Origin: Gemmatimonadaceae bacterium | GTDB taxonomy: Bacteria; Gemmatimonadota; Gemmatimonadetes; Gemmatimonadales; Gemmatimonadaceae | Assembly (NCBI GenBank): GCA_035702925.1 | Contig: DASSZC010000436.1 | Span: 1-37,275 of the forward strand | Direction of reading: 5' to 3' | Length of the DNA: 37,275 nt | Shown here: in pieces, positions 1-8,792 of the stretch | How the letters are laid out: the number at the start of each line of letters is the position of its first letter | Position numbering within the stretch: position 1 is the stretch's first letter | Program-made: the position numbers and the translations under genes | Notes under the pieces: generated by a model | Database searches by the model: none | What the model saw: the letters and a program-made list of their open reading frames with translations, nothing else | What the model was told of the DNA's origin: nothing

Positions 1-1693
1 AGCCCGCGTACTTGATCTCCAGCTCCGCCGTCACCGCGGCGTCGATGGGAATCAGCTCGTCGATTCCCGCCGCGCGCAGCAGGTCGAGGAGCGTCACCCC
101 CTGCCGCCGCGCGACATCGACGATCTTCACGGCGTGCGCGAGCGGCGCACTTCGCGCTGCTTCGAGCAAAGACGCCGCCTGTTCCGGGCGGATCGACGTG
201 CTCTCGGCCAGCGCGCGGGCGCGATCCTCGGCCTCCAGCCGGGCGCCGACGAGCCGCTGCTCTCCTTCGCTGAGCGCCCCTCGCTCGATCGCGACAGGTG
301 CGAGCCGGCGCAGTGCGTTGTCCTGCCGCACCGTCAGGCGGAATTCCGAGCGCGAGGTGAAGAGGCGGTATGGTTCGTCCACGCCGCGCGTCACGAGGTC
401 GTCGACGAGCACGCCGATGTATGACGAGGCGCGGCCGAGTATGAGCGGCGGCTGCTCGAGCACGCGCAACGCGGCGTTGTAGCCCGCGACGACGCCCTGC
501 CCTGCTGCCTCCTCGTAGCCCGTGGTCCCGTTGATCTGGCCGGCGAGATAGAGACCGCCGAGCGCGCGAAGCTGGAGCGTCGCGTCGAGCTGCGTCGGTG
601 GATAGTAGTCGTACTCGATCGCGTAGCCGGCGCGAGTCATTCGCGCCGACTCGAGTCCCGGAACAGCGTGCAGCATCTGCAGCTGCACGTCGACCGGGAG
701 CGAGGTCGAAAGCCCGTTCACGTACAGCTCGCGCGTGTCGTGGCCTTCCGGCTCGAGGAAGATCTGGTGTCGCTCCGCATCCGGGAAGCGAAGGATCTTG
801 TCCTCGACCGACGGGCAGTAGCGCGGACCGCGCGAGCCGATCGCGCCCCCGTACATCGCCGAGCGGCCGATGTTGTCCCGGACCACCGCCTTCGCCTCTT
901 CCCCGGCGAAGGTGATCCAGCATGGGAGCTGCGCCGGATGCCGCGTCGTCTCGGCGACGCGACGCGGCGTCGCCCAGAAGTGCGACCACGAGTAATCGAA
1001 CGCGTCGATCTCGCTCTCCTGGCGGTCGAGCTTCGAGTAGTCGACGGAGCGTCCGTCGATGCGCGGCGGCGTTCCCGTCTTGAAGCGCGCGACCTCGAGC
1101 CCGATCGACTCGAGCTGCTCGGCGAGATGGATGGCCGATGGCTCGCCCGCGCCGCCGCCGGCGATCTTCGTCTCGGTGCCGATGTGGATGCGTCCGCGAA
1201 GGAAGGTGCCGGTCGTCAGCACCACGGCCCGCGCGGCGAAGCGCCGCCCCTCGAGGGTCTCGATACCGCGGACAGATCCCGCGCCCTCGTCGATGAGCAG
1301 CCGTGCGACCGTCCCCTGGATCGTGTCGAGCCCCGGCTGCTCCTCGAGGAGCGAGCGAACGGCGCGGCGATAGAGCCCGCGATCGCATTGCGCGCGCGGT
1401 GCCCAGACGGCCGGACCCTTCCCGCGGTTGAGCATGCGGAACTGCAGCGTCGCCAGGTCTGTTGCGCGAGCCATGATGCCGCCCAGTGCATCCACCTCGC
1501 GCACGACGGTTCCCTTCGCGACCCCACCGATCGCCGGATTGCACGACATCTGGCCGATCGTCTCGAGCGCGCTCGTGACGATGGCGACGCGCGCGCCTAA
1601 CCGTGCGGCGGCGACCGCCGCCTCGGTGCCGGCATGGCCGGCACCGATCACGATGACGTCATACGCCGCTTCGGCCGCGTCGAGACGGGTCAT
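1..1693 (-). CDS. mnmG: tRNA uridine 5-carboxymethylaminomethyl modification enzyme MnmG/GidA (C-terminus cut by window edge)
   Basis: Minus-strand translation from ATG (complement of 1691-1693) reads [72 protein letters not shown]... It has the FAD GxGxxG fold and the MSCNPAIGG motif. The frame stays open to position 1, which is why it is absent from the ORF track. Confidence 0.9.
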   Translation of the reverse strand, partial: MTRLDAAEAAYDVIVIGAGHAGTEAAVAAARLGARVAIVTSALETIGQMSCNPAIGGVAKGTVVREVDALGGIMARATDLATLQFRMLNRGKGPAVWAPRAQCDRGLYRRAVRSLLEEQPGLDTIQGTVARLLIDEGAGSVRGIETLEGRRFAARAVVLTTGTFLRGRIHIGTETKIAGGGAGEPSAIHLAEQLESIGLEVARFKTGTPPRIDGRSVDYSKLDRQESEIDAFDYSWSHFWATPRRVAETTRHPAQLPCWITFAGEEAKAVVRDNIGRSAMYGGAIGSRGPRYCPSVEDKILRFPDAERHQIFLEPEGHDTRELYVNGLSTSLPVDVQLQMLHAVPGLESARMTRAGYAIEYDYYPPTQLDATLQLRALGGLYLAGQINGTTGYEEAAGQGVVAGYNAALRVLEQPPLILGRASSYIGVLVDDLVTRGVDEPYRLFTSRSEFRLTVRQDNALRRLAPVAIERGALSEGEQRLVGARLEAEDRARALAESTSIRPEQAASLLEAARSAPLAHAVKIVDVARRQGVTLLDLLRAAGIDELIPIDAAVTAELEIKYAG

Positions 1694-1855
1694 CGGATTC
1701 CGGTGAGGTGAGGAAAGCGAGCGCAGCGCATGGGTCGAAAGCTATACACCGAAGGCACGCAGAGGTACACAGCGAAGTCCGCGAAGCATGAAACGCGGTG
1801 GCGACGGCGGAATCGAGTGGTTATGCTGCGCGATCCCGAGCGAGGAGAGAGGACG

Positions 1856-2140
1856 ATGCCGCTGCAAGCGCCCGCAGGTGCCCCGACGATGATCATCCGC
1901 CGCCCCGCGTTCGAAGCATCCGGGCTGACGCGCGCGATGATCGATGCGCGGCTCAACCTCACTGCCGACGAGTTCCGGGTCGAGGGAGAGCTCGTGGCGA
2001 TCGGCCCGATCCACGAGGAGCCGTCGCTGGTCGCGCTGATCGAGGAGCTGGAGGGGCTGGGGCTGCGCTACTTCGACGACTTCTTCGAGCTGAGCGGCAA
2101 CTGGCCCGAGTGGCTAAAATTATTCGCAATGGGAGAATAA
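1856..2140 (+). CDS. small hypothetical protein (94 aa)
   Basis: Trimmed from track ORF 1730..2140. The ATG at 1856 follows a GAGGAGAGAGG Shine-Dalgarno-like run. GC3 is high except in the last about 8 codons. No recognisable motif. Confidence 0.5.
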   Translation: MPLQAPAGAPTMIIRRPAFEASGLTRAMIDARLNLTADEFRVEGELVAIGPIHEEPSLVALIEELEGLGLRYFDDFFELSGNWPEWLKLFAMGE

Positions 2141-2379
2141 TTCGCCGGCTTCGGCGTATTGCGAAGCAGGCCGTCCCACCCGCACTCGAAGCACCAGCTG
2201 GTCCGGAACCAGGGCATGAGCAGGTTCCACCCGCGCGACTGGACACGCACGGTCACGGCGTTGCAGTTGGGACAGCGAACGCCATCAGGGAGGATACAGA
2301 GGAAAAAGACCGTCGCGGCGATGATCCGCAGGATGAAGAATCCCACGAAGATCACGCCAAACCATGCAGCGTCCGTCAT
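2068..2379 (-). CDS. small membrane protein with a zinc-ribbon-like CxxC...CxxC motif
   Basis: Track ORF. N-terminal TM helix WFGVIFVGFFILRIIAATVFFLCIL, followed by CPNC...CFEC. The 3' tail overlaps the convergent ORF 1856..2140 by 73 nt. Confidence 0.55.
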   Translation of the reverse strand: MTDAAWFGVIFVGFFILRIIAATVFFLCILPDGVRCPNCNAVTVRVQSRGWNLLMPWFRTSWCFECGWDGLLRNTPKPANYSPIANNFSHSGQLPLSSKKSSK

Positions 2380-2430
2380 CCAACCCTTCCTTCCGCCCGC
2401 GACTGGGCGGACATCCGCCTGCCAGGACCG

Positions 2431-2982
2431 TCAGAGTCGCCGTTCGACGACCGACCACGCCTCGACGTACGCAGCCCCGTTCTCGACGCGTTCGATCACA
2501 ACCTCCGAGCCTGGCGCGAGAGCGGTGCCTTCGAGGCTGTGGGCACGCAGCACGTGGGTCGCGCCCCCTTCCTCGTATGAGATCTCATATGCACTCGGCG
2601 CGCCAGCGGCGTCGGCGATGATCCGGGTCACTCGAGCCGGGTGCCCCTGCAGGACGTAGCGCTCATCGACGACTTCACCGGCCACGGCGGGGAGTGCCCA
2701 ACGTGCGACGAGAAGGACCGCGCCGACGACCCCGAGAGCCCCGGCGGTCGTCGCGATTACGAAGACCGCGGCGGTGCCGAGCGAGCTGTATCGATGAAGC
2801 AGGTACCCCACCGCGCCGGACACCGTCGCGAAGGCAGCGACGTTCGGGACAGTCAGGCGGGCGCCGATCGTGGGCGCACCGGTGGCAGATTGGCGCTTCC
2901 GTTCGACACCGAACAACATCGCGCCGACCGCGAGGACGAGACCAGCGAGAAAGAGACCGAGAAAGAGATGCGTGGATTCCAC
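2431..2982 (-). CDS. NfeD-like membrane protein (TM helices plus a C-terminal OB-fold-like domain)
   Basis: Track ORF with several hydrophobic helices. The soluble tail YVLQGHPARVTRI...GSEVVIERVENGAAYVE resembles the NfeD C-terminal domain. Confidence 0.6.
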   Translation of the reverse strand: MESTHLFLGLFLAGLVLAVGAMLFGVERKRQSATGAPTIGARLTVPNVAAFATVSGAVGYLLHRYSSLGTAAVFVIATTAGALGVVGAVLLVARWALPAVAGEVVDERYVLQGHPARVTRIIADAAGAPSAYEISYEEGGATHVLRAHSLEGTALAPGSEVVIERVENGAAYVEAWSVVERRL

Positions 2983-2983
2983 T

Positions 2984-3904
2984 TCAGCGCTCGAGGTTGG
3001 TGCGGAAGAACTTGATGGTCGTCGGCCACGCCGCGCGGGCCGCGGCCAGGTTGGCTCCGTTCATCTGATCCTGCCCGCGCAGGAAGCCGTGGCCGGCGCC
3101 GGCGAAGCTGTAATGAGTGTACTCCTTGCCGAGCGCGCGCATCGCCGAATCGGCGGGAGGAATCGTCGCGCCGACACGAGCATCCTCCCCCCCGTAGAGG
3201 CCGAGCACCGGGGCGCGCACGGACGCGAGGCTCGCTGACGCCGGCGACGTTCCATAGTACACGACCGACGCTCCTAGCGCGGGCGAGTGAACGGCGTGCT
3301 GGAAGGACACGCTCCCTCCCCAGCAGAAGCCGACGACCCCATAGCGCGGGAGCGCGGCGGGGAGCGCCATTCCATAGGAAGCAGCGGCGTCGATCTGGCG
3401 CTGCACCACATCCATATCTAGGGTACGGATCGCCGCGGTCGCGACCTGCGAGGGAACGGTGTCGGGAGGAGTCACCGCGACCTTGCCCGTCAGGAAGTCC
3501 GGGGCGATCGCGATGAAGCCATCCGCCGCCAGCTGGTCGGCGACACTGCGAATCCAGGTGCTCAGACCGAAGATCTCGTGGACGACGATCACGACCGGCG
3601 CCTTCGTGCTTCGCTGGGGATACACCACCCACAGCCGAAGCGAGTCTCCCGCCTGCGGTCCGGACTTTATGGTCACCCACTCGCCATGACGCGGCGAGCG
3701 CGCGAGCCGCGCGGCCGCGGTCGTCGCGCCGGGAGCGATGGTCGAATCATCGGCGACCGCAGCGGCCGGAGCCACCGCGGCCGGCACGCCCATCGTATCG
3801 TGATCGTGGGCACCCGCCCTGGCGGCGTTCTGCACGCAGCCCGCGGTGAGCATGAGTGCCGCGGTGACGAACGACGCTGGGAGAAGCCTGGGAATTTGAC
3901 GCAT
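2984..3904 (-). CDS. dienelactone hydrolase family lipoprotein
   Basis: Track ORF. Signal/lipobox LMLTAGC. Contains VVIVVHEIFGL and the GFCWGG nucleophile motif typical of dienelactone hydrolase-fold enzymes. Confidence 0.8.
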   Translation of the reverse strand: MRQIPRLLPASFVTAALMLTAGCVQNAARAGAHDHDTMGVPAAVAPAAAVADDSTIAPGATTAAARLARSPRHGEWVTIKSGPQAGDSLRLWVVYPQRSTKAPVVIVVHEIFGLSTWIRSVADQLAADGFIAIAPDFLTGKVAVTPPDTVPSQVATAAIRTLDMDVVQRQIDAAASYGMALPAALPRYGVVGFCWGGSVSFQHAVHSPALGASVVYYGTSPASASLASVRAPVLGLYGGEDARVGATIPPADSAMRALGKEYTHYSFAGAGHGFLRGQDQMNGANLAAARAAWPTTIKFFRTNLER

Positions 3905-4067
3905 CGGAAGCTCCGGGCTTTGGCGAAATGGCGAGCGTCGCGGGAGAACGGCGCGCGCCAGCTGATCTTAGTGCCGCTCCCCGCGCGGCGCGAGCGATCC
4001 TCGCTCCTGAAGATTGGGCGGGACGAGCCCGCCGCGGCGGAGTGAGCTCGATTAAGTTGAAGCTCCT

Positions 4068-4415
4068 ATGGAAGTCCAGATCTTCGGGGTGAAGAAGAGC
4101 GCCGACACGCGAAAGGCGCAGCGGTTCTTCGCCGAGCGCCGGATCAGGGTCCACTTCGTCGACCTGACGGAGCGGGCCGCGTCGCCGGGGGAGTTGCGGC
4201 GGTTCCAGCAGAAGTTCGGCGTGACCGCGCTGATCGACAAATCAGCGAAGCGTTATGCGGAGCTCGGGCTCGGGAGCTCGCGGATGGGAGACGAGCGCTG
4301 GATGCAGTTGCTCGCCGACGAGCCGCTGCTCCTGCAGATGCCGCTCGTGCGAAATGGAAATCAGTTGACAATCGGGGCTGCGGAGGCCGTGTGGAAGGAG
4401 TGGTGCGGGAAGTGA
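4068..4415 (+). CDS. ArsC/Spx-family protein (YffB-like) with Ser at the usual N-terminal Cys position
   Basis: Track ORF. MEVQIFGVKKSADTRKAQRFFAERRI...LVRNGNQLTIG matches the ArsC-family fold. The position usually holding Cys (GxKxCxTxxKA) is Ser here. Confidence 0.7.
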   Translation: MEVQIFGVKKSADTRKAQRFFAERRIRVHFVDLTERAASPGELRRFQQKFGVTALIDKSAKRYAELGLGSSRMGDERWMQLLADEPLLLQMPLVRNGNQLTIGAAEAVWKEWCGK

Positions 4416-4428
4416 CTGGTAGCGGAGC

Positions 4429-6366
4429 ATGAGCCTCATCGCGCTCTCCGGGGTCGGCGTCGAGTTCGGCGCGACGACGCTGTTCAAGGACATCACCTTC
4501 ACGATCGCCCGTGGCGACCGTTGGGGGATCGTCGGCCGGAACGGCATCGGGAAGACGACGCTCTTCAAGCTGATCACCGGGGCCCAGCAGCCGACCAGCG
4601 GCCAGGTCGCGCGCTCCGGAGCGGCGCGCATCTCCCTTCTCGAGCAGCACCGCACCTTCGAGGGGGCGGCGACGGTGTGGGCGGCCGCCGCCGGCCCCTT
4701 CGCCGAGCTGCTCGCGCTCGAGCAGTCGCTCGCCCACCAGGCCGAAGCGTTAGGCAGCAACCCCTCCGACCAGGCGATGGCGAAGTACTCGCGCGACCTC
4801 GAGCGCTTCCAGCACGAGGGAGGCTACGAGGTCGCGGCGAAGGTGGACTCGGTTCTTCATGGCCTCGGCTTCGATCCGGAGAAGGCGCGCAGCCAACCGC
4901 TATCGCAGCTGAGCGGGGGCGAGCGTGGCCGGCTCGGGCTCGCCCAGCAGCTCGCCGCACCGGCGGACATCCTCCTCCTCGACGAGCCGACGAACCACCT
5001 CGATCTCGAGACCACGGCGTGGCTCGAGGAATACCTGCGCGGGCTGGAGGCGACGGTCGTCGTCGTCAGCCACGACCGCGCATTCCTCGACGCGATCGCC
5101 GACCACATCCTCCACTTCGAGAACGGCACGGCGTATCCCTACACCGGCAGCTACGAGGACTTCGTCACCCAGCGGACGGAGCGGCGTCTCGCCGACCAGC
5201 GCGCGTACGACAAGCAGCGCAAGGTGATCGCGGCCGAGGAGGATTACATCCGCCGCAACATCGCCGGCCAGAACACGAAGCAGGCGAAGGGGCGGCGGAA
5301 GCGCCTGGCGCGCATGCCGCGCCTGGGCGGCGTCGCGGGTGAGGGGGGCGTGATGTCGCTCGCCCTGCGCGCCGCCGAGCGCGGGGGCGACCAGGTGGTC
5401 GTCGCCGAGCATGTCGACGTCGCGGTCGAGGGGCGCACCCTGCTCCGCGACTTCTCGGCGCGCGTGGTGCGCGGCGACGTGATCGGGTTGATCGGGCCTA
5501 ACGGTGCCGGGAAGACGACGCTGCTGCGGACGATCGTCGGCGAGCGGCCACCGCAGAAGGGCGAAGTGCGCGTCGGCGGGTCGATCAACCTGGCCTACTA
5601 CGACCAGCAGCTCGGCAACGTCCCGATGGGGAGGACGCTCTACGACGTCATCGCCGACCTGCGTCCGACCTGGGGACGCGGCCCGATCCAGGGGCACCTC
5701 GGCCGGTTCGGCTTCTCCGGCGACAGCGTGCTGCGGACGACGAACGTCCTCTCCGGCGGCGAGCGGGCGCGGCTCGCGCTGGCGATCATGATGCTCACCG
5801 GTGCGAACCTCCTCGTCCTCGACGAGCCGACGAACCACCTCGACGTCGAGTCGATCGAGGTCCTCGAGGAAGCGGTCGAGGGCTACGACGGCACGGTCAT
5901 CCTCGTCAGTCACGACCGCGCCCTGCTCCGCGCGCTGGTCAAGCGGGTGTGGGTGCTGCACCACGAGCACATCACCGATTTCCCCGGGACCTTCGAAGAG
6001 TGGGAGACGGCGAGCGCGGAGCGCGCGCACGCCGCATCGGTGACCGCGGCGGAGGAAGCGGAGCTGCGCCGCGTGCACGAGCGCCAGAAGACGGCTCGGA
6101 AGAGCGAGACGCGCGACAAGGACAGCAAGGGCGCACGCGACGCAAAGCGCGCGGTCGAGGCCGCGGAGGCCGAGGTCTCGAAGCACGAAGCACGCGTCGG
6201 CGAGCTCACGCGTAAGCTCGAGGACCCGGAGCTCTACACGACCACCGAGGGAACGAAGAAGGCCAAGTCGTTAGGCGGCGAGCTCGATGCAGCGAAACGG
6301 GCGCTCGACAAGGCGATCGCCGCCTGGGAGAAGGCGGTAGAGACCGCGGAGCGGGCGACGGCCTAG
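4429..6366 (+). CDS. ABC-F family ATPase (two ABC domains plus a C-terminal coiled-coil)
   Basis: Track ORF. Walker A motifs GRNGIGKTT and GPNGAGKTT, two LSGGE signatures, no TM domain, and a Lys/Glu/Ala-rich C-terminal tail. GGAG lies upstream of the ATG. Confidence 0.9.
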   Translation: MSLIALSGVGVEFGATTLFKDITFTIARGDRWGIVGRNGIGKTTLFKLITGAQQPTSGQVARSGAARISLLEQHRTFEGAATVWAAAAGPFAELLALEQSLAHQAEALGSNPSDQAMAKYSRDLERFQHEGGYEVAAKVDSVLHGLGFDPEKARSQPLSQLSGGERGRLGLAQQLAAPADILLLDEPTNHLDLETTAWLEEYLRGLEATVVVVSHDRAFLDAIADHILHFENGTAYPYTGSYEDFVTQRTERRLADQRAYDKQRKVIAAEEDYIRRNIAGQNTKQAKGRRKRLARMPRLGGVAGEGGVMSLALRAAERGGDQVVVAEHVDVAVEGRTLLRDFSARVVRGDVIGLIGPNGAGKTTLLRTIVGERPPQKGEVRVGGSINLAYYDQQLGNVPMGRTLYDVIADLRPTWGRGPIQGHLGRFGFSGDSVLRTTNVLSGGERARLALAIMMLTGANLLVLDEPTNHLDVESIEVLEEAVEGYDGTVILVSHDRALLRALVKRVWVLHHEHITDFPGTFEEWETASAERAHAASVTAAEEAELRRVHERQKTARKSETRDKDSKGARDAKRAVEAAEAEVSKHEARVGELTRKLEDPELYTTTEGTKKAKSLGGELDAAKRALDKAIAAWEKAVETAERATA

Positions 6367-7319
6367 AACTCCCCGATGAACCCGATCTCCGGCTCGAGCT
6401 TGTAGCCGAACTTCGACTCGACGCTCTGCTGGGCGTGGGCGATGAGGGCGCGGACGTCCCTGGCAGTGGCGTGGCCGAGGTTGACCAGGATGTTCGCGTG
6501 GATGTGCGAGATCTGGGCGTCGCCGATGCGATAGCCCTTCAGCCCGCACTGGTCGATGAGCCGTCCCGCGCCGATCCCTTCGATCTTCTTGAACACCGAG
6601 CCCGCGCTCGGATGCCAGTCGAGCCAGGGGTGCTTTCCCCCCCGCCAGCTGAGGTTTTCCTGGGCGATGCGGTGAAGCACCGCGGGATCTGCCCTTGTCA
6701 GCTGGAAGGTTGCCGAGAGCACCACGTCCTGCCGGTGATGAAGGATGCTCTCGTCGTAACCGAACTGCATGTGGTCGTGATCGACCATCACGCGCTCATT
6801 CTGCTCGGTGAGCAGCTCGGCCTCGAGGAAGACCTCGGCGATGAACATCGTCCGCTCGCGCTCGGGCGCGGGGGACAGGAAGTGCAGGTTCTGCCAGATC
6901 GCGCCGCCGATCGTGCTCGGGATGCCGACGTAGTGCTCAAGCCCCGACCAGCCGCGCGCGAGCGTCTCCTTGATGACATCGGCCACCGTCGCGCCACTCT
7001 CGACCCACAGCTTGCCATCATCAGCGAACGAAAAGTGCCGAGCGGTGTTTCGAATGACGAGACCGCGGAAGCCGCGGTCGCCGATCAGGATGTTCGCCCC
7101 GAGGCCGAGCACGAAGAAGGGGACGCCGACCTCGCGCGCGGCGATGATCGCGTTGGCCAGCTCGTCGGCCGACGTCGCCTCGAAGAAGAGATCGGCGGGT
7201 CCGCCGATCTTGAAGGTCGTGTATTGCCCGAGGGGGACGTCGCGCCGGGCGCGGCCCTGCGGGAGGCGCGCGGCAAGCGCGTCGAGCATATTCAGCGTGG
7301 TCTGTGGCATGACAGTCAT
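6363..7319 (-). CDS. murB: UDP-N-acetylenolpyruvoylglucosamine reductase
   Basis: C-terminal 318 aa of track ORF 6363..8579, starting MTVMPQTTLNMLD. Motifs FKIGGPADLFFEA, GLGANILI and SAGSVFKK are present. The upstream part of the track ORF is antisense read-through of the M16 gene. Confidence 0.9.
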   Translation of the reverse strand: MTVMPQTTLNMLDALAARLPQGRARRDVPLGQYTTFKIGGPADLFFEATSADELANAIIAAREVGVPFFVLGLGANILIGDRGFRGLVIRNTARHFSFADDGKLWVESGATVADVIKETLARGWSGLEHYVGIPSTIGGAIWQNLHFLSPAPERERTMFIAEVFLEAELLTEQNERVMVDHDHMQFGYDESILHHRQDVVLSATFQLTRADPAVLHRIAQENLSWRGGKHPWLDWHPSAGSVFKKIEGIGAGRLIDQCGLKGYRIGDAQISHIHANILVNLGHATARDVRALIAHAQQSVESKFGYKLEPEIGFIGEF

Positions 7320-7331
7320 AATGAAACGACG

Positions 7332-8792
7332 ATGATCCCTGCTAGAAAGTCCCAAGCGATTCGTCACGCGACCGCGCTGGCCGCCTCCCTCGCACTCGCC
7401 ATTTCCGCGGCGCCGGGTCGCGTGCGCGCGCAGGCCCACTTGGCGACGACCGCCGCGACCGCGGCGACCGCGCAGCGAGCCACGCTCGAGAAGGTGATCA
7501 AGCGGCAGGTGCTCCCGAACGGGATGGAAGTCATCGTCGCCGAGAACCACGGGGTGCCGCTGGCGACGATCGAGATCGACGTCCGGAACGGCGCCTTCAC
7601 GCAGGCGCCGGGCTTCGAAGGCCTCGCCCACATGTACGAGCACATGTTCTTCAAGGCGAACGCCGACCTTCCCGAGCCGGAAGCGTTCGTCGATCGCGCC
7701 GGGGAGCTCGGCGCGGTGTTCAACGGGACGACGACCGAAGAGCGCGTGAACTATTACGTCACCCTGCCGAGCGACAGCCTGCGCGGGGGGATCCAGTTCA
7801 TCGCCGCCGCACTGCGCCGCCCCCTGTTCCGCTCGGACGAGCTGGAGCGGGAGCGCCAGGTCGTGCTCGGCGAGTATGATCGTGCCGAGTCGAATCCCTT
7901 CTCCGCCCTGATGAATGAGACGGGGAAGATTCTCTGGGGCAGCGCCTGGTCGCGGAAGGATGCACTTGGCGAGCGGCCGGCGATCCTCGCGACGACACCG
8001 ACGAAGCTTCGTGAGATCCAGCACAAGTACTACGTCCCGAACAACAGCGCCCTCATCGTGACGGGCGACGTCAATCCGGACAGCGTCTTCCGGGCGGCAC
8101 GCGACGCGTTCGGCGACTGGCCGCGCGGTGCGGACCCCTTCGTCGCCGACCCGATTCCCCCGGTGCCGCCGCTCACGGCGAGCAAGGGAAAGGTGATCGA
8201 GGCACCGATCGGGACGATCATCGTGCTGATGCAGTGGCAGGGACCGAGCGTCGGAAAGGATCCGCAGGCGACGTACGCGGCAGACGTGTTTTCCGACGTG
8301 CTGAACCAGCCGAACTCCGGGTTCCAGAAGCGGCTCGTCGACAGCGGCCTGTTCCAGGCGGTCGGCGTCAACTACTACACGCTGAACCAGGTCGGACCGA
8401 TCAGCATCAGCGGGACGACGACTCCCGACAAGCTGAAGGCCGCGCTCGGGGCGCTCGACAAGGAGATCGCGCGCTTCGACGATCCCGGCTACTTCACCGC
8501 CGCCGAGCTGGCGCCGGTCAAGCGGCAGCGGATCGTCGGAACGGCGATGGGGCTCGAGCGGGCATCGGGGTTCGCGCACACCATCGGCTTCTGGTGGAGC
8601 GTGGCGAGCCTCGAGTACTACCTCGGTTACGGCGACAACATGGCGGAGCAGACGACGAAGGACCTGAACGATTACGCGGCGCGATACATCGTGGACAAGC
8701 CACGAGTGGTCGGCGTCATGATCGATCCAGACTCGCGGCGCCGGATCGGGCTGACCGACAGCGACCTCCTCGCGGCGGGGGGCGGACGATGA
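7332..8792 (+). CDS. M16 (pitrilysin) family zinc peptidase, secreted, catalytic subunit
   Basis: In-frame ATG inside track ORF 6435..8792. Signal peptide MIPARKSQAIRHATALAASLALAISAAPGRVRAQA. HxxEH zinc motif present (HMYEH). Confidence 0.85.
   Translation: MIPARKSQAIRHATALAASLALAISAAPGRVRAQAHLATTAATAATAQRATLEKVIKRQVLPNGMEVIVAENHGVPLATIEIDVRNGAFTQAPGFEGLAHMYEHMFFKANADLPEPEAFVDRAGELGAVFNGTTTEERVNYYVTLPSDSLRGGIQFIAAALRRPLFRSDELERERQVVLGEYDRAESNPFSALMNETGKILWGSAWSRKDALGERPAILATTPTKLREIQHKYYVPNNSALIVTGDVNPDSVFRAARDAFGDWPRGADPFVADPIPPVPPLTASKGKVIEAPIGTIIVLMQWQGPSVGKDPQATYAADVFSDVLNQPNSGFQKRLVDSGLFQAVGVNYYTLNQVGPISISGTTTPDKLKAALGALDKEIARFDDPGYFTAAELAPVKRQRIVGTAMGLERASGFAHTIGFWWSVASLEYYLGYGDNMAEQTTKDLNDYAARYIVDKPRVVGVMIDPDSRRRIGLTDSDLLAAGGGR

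Noticed and set aside
668-1600. 310-aa plus-strand ORF and neighbouring short ORFs between 12 and 1706
   Set aside because: All lie inside, and antisense or out of frame to, the mnmG coding sequence.
4900-6186. 428-aa minus-strand ORF, together with the plus-strand ORFs 4521..5342 and others inside the ABC-F gene
   Set aside because: These are alternative-frame or antisense shadows of the ABC-F gene. Only the 4429..6366 frame carries Walker A and signature motifs.
6363-8792. 738-aa (6363..8579, minus) and 785-aa (6435..8792, plus) ORFs taken at face value
   Set aside because: Each is a chimera of a real gene (murB, M16 peptidase) and antisense read-through of the other. I trimmed them at starts that give a proper MurB N-terminus and a signal peptide.
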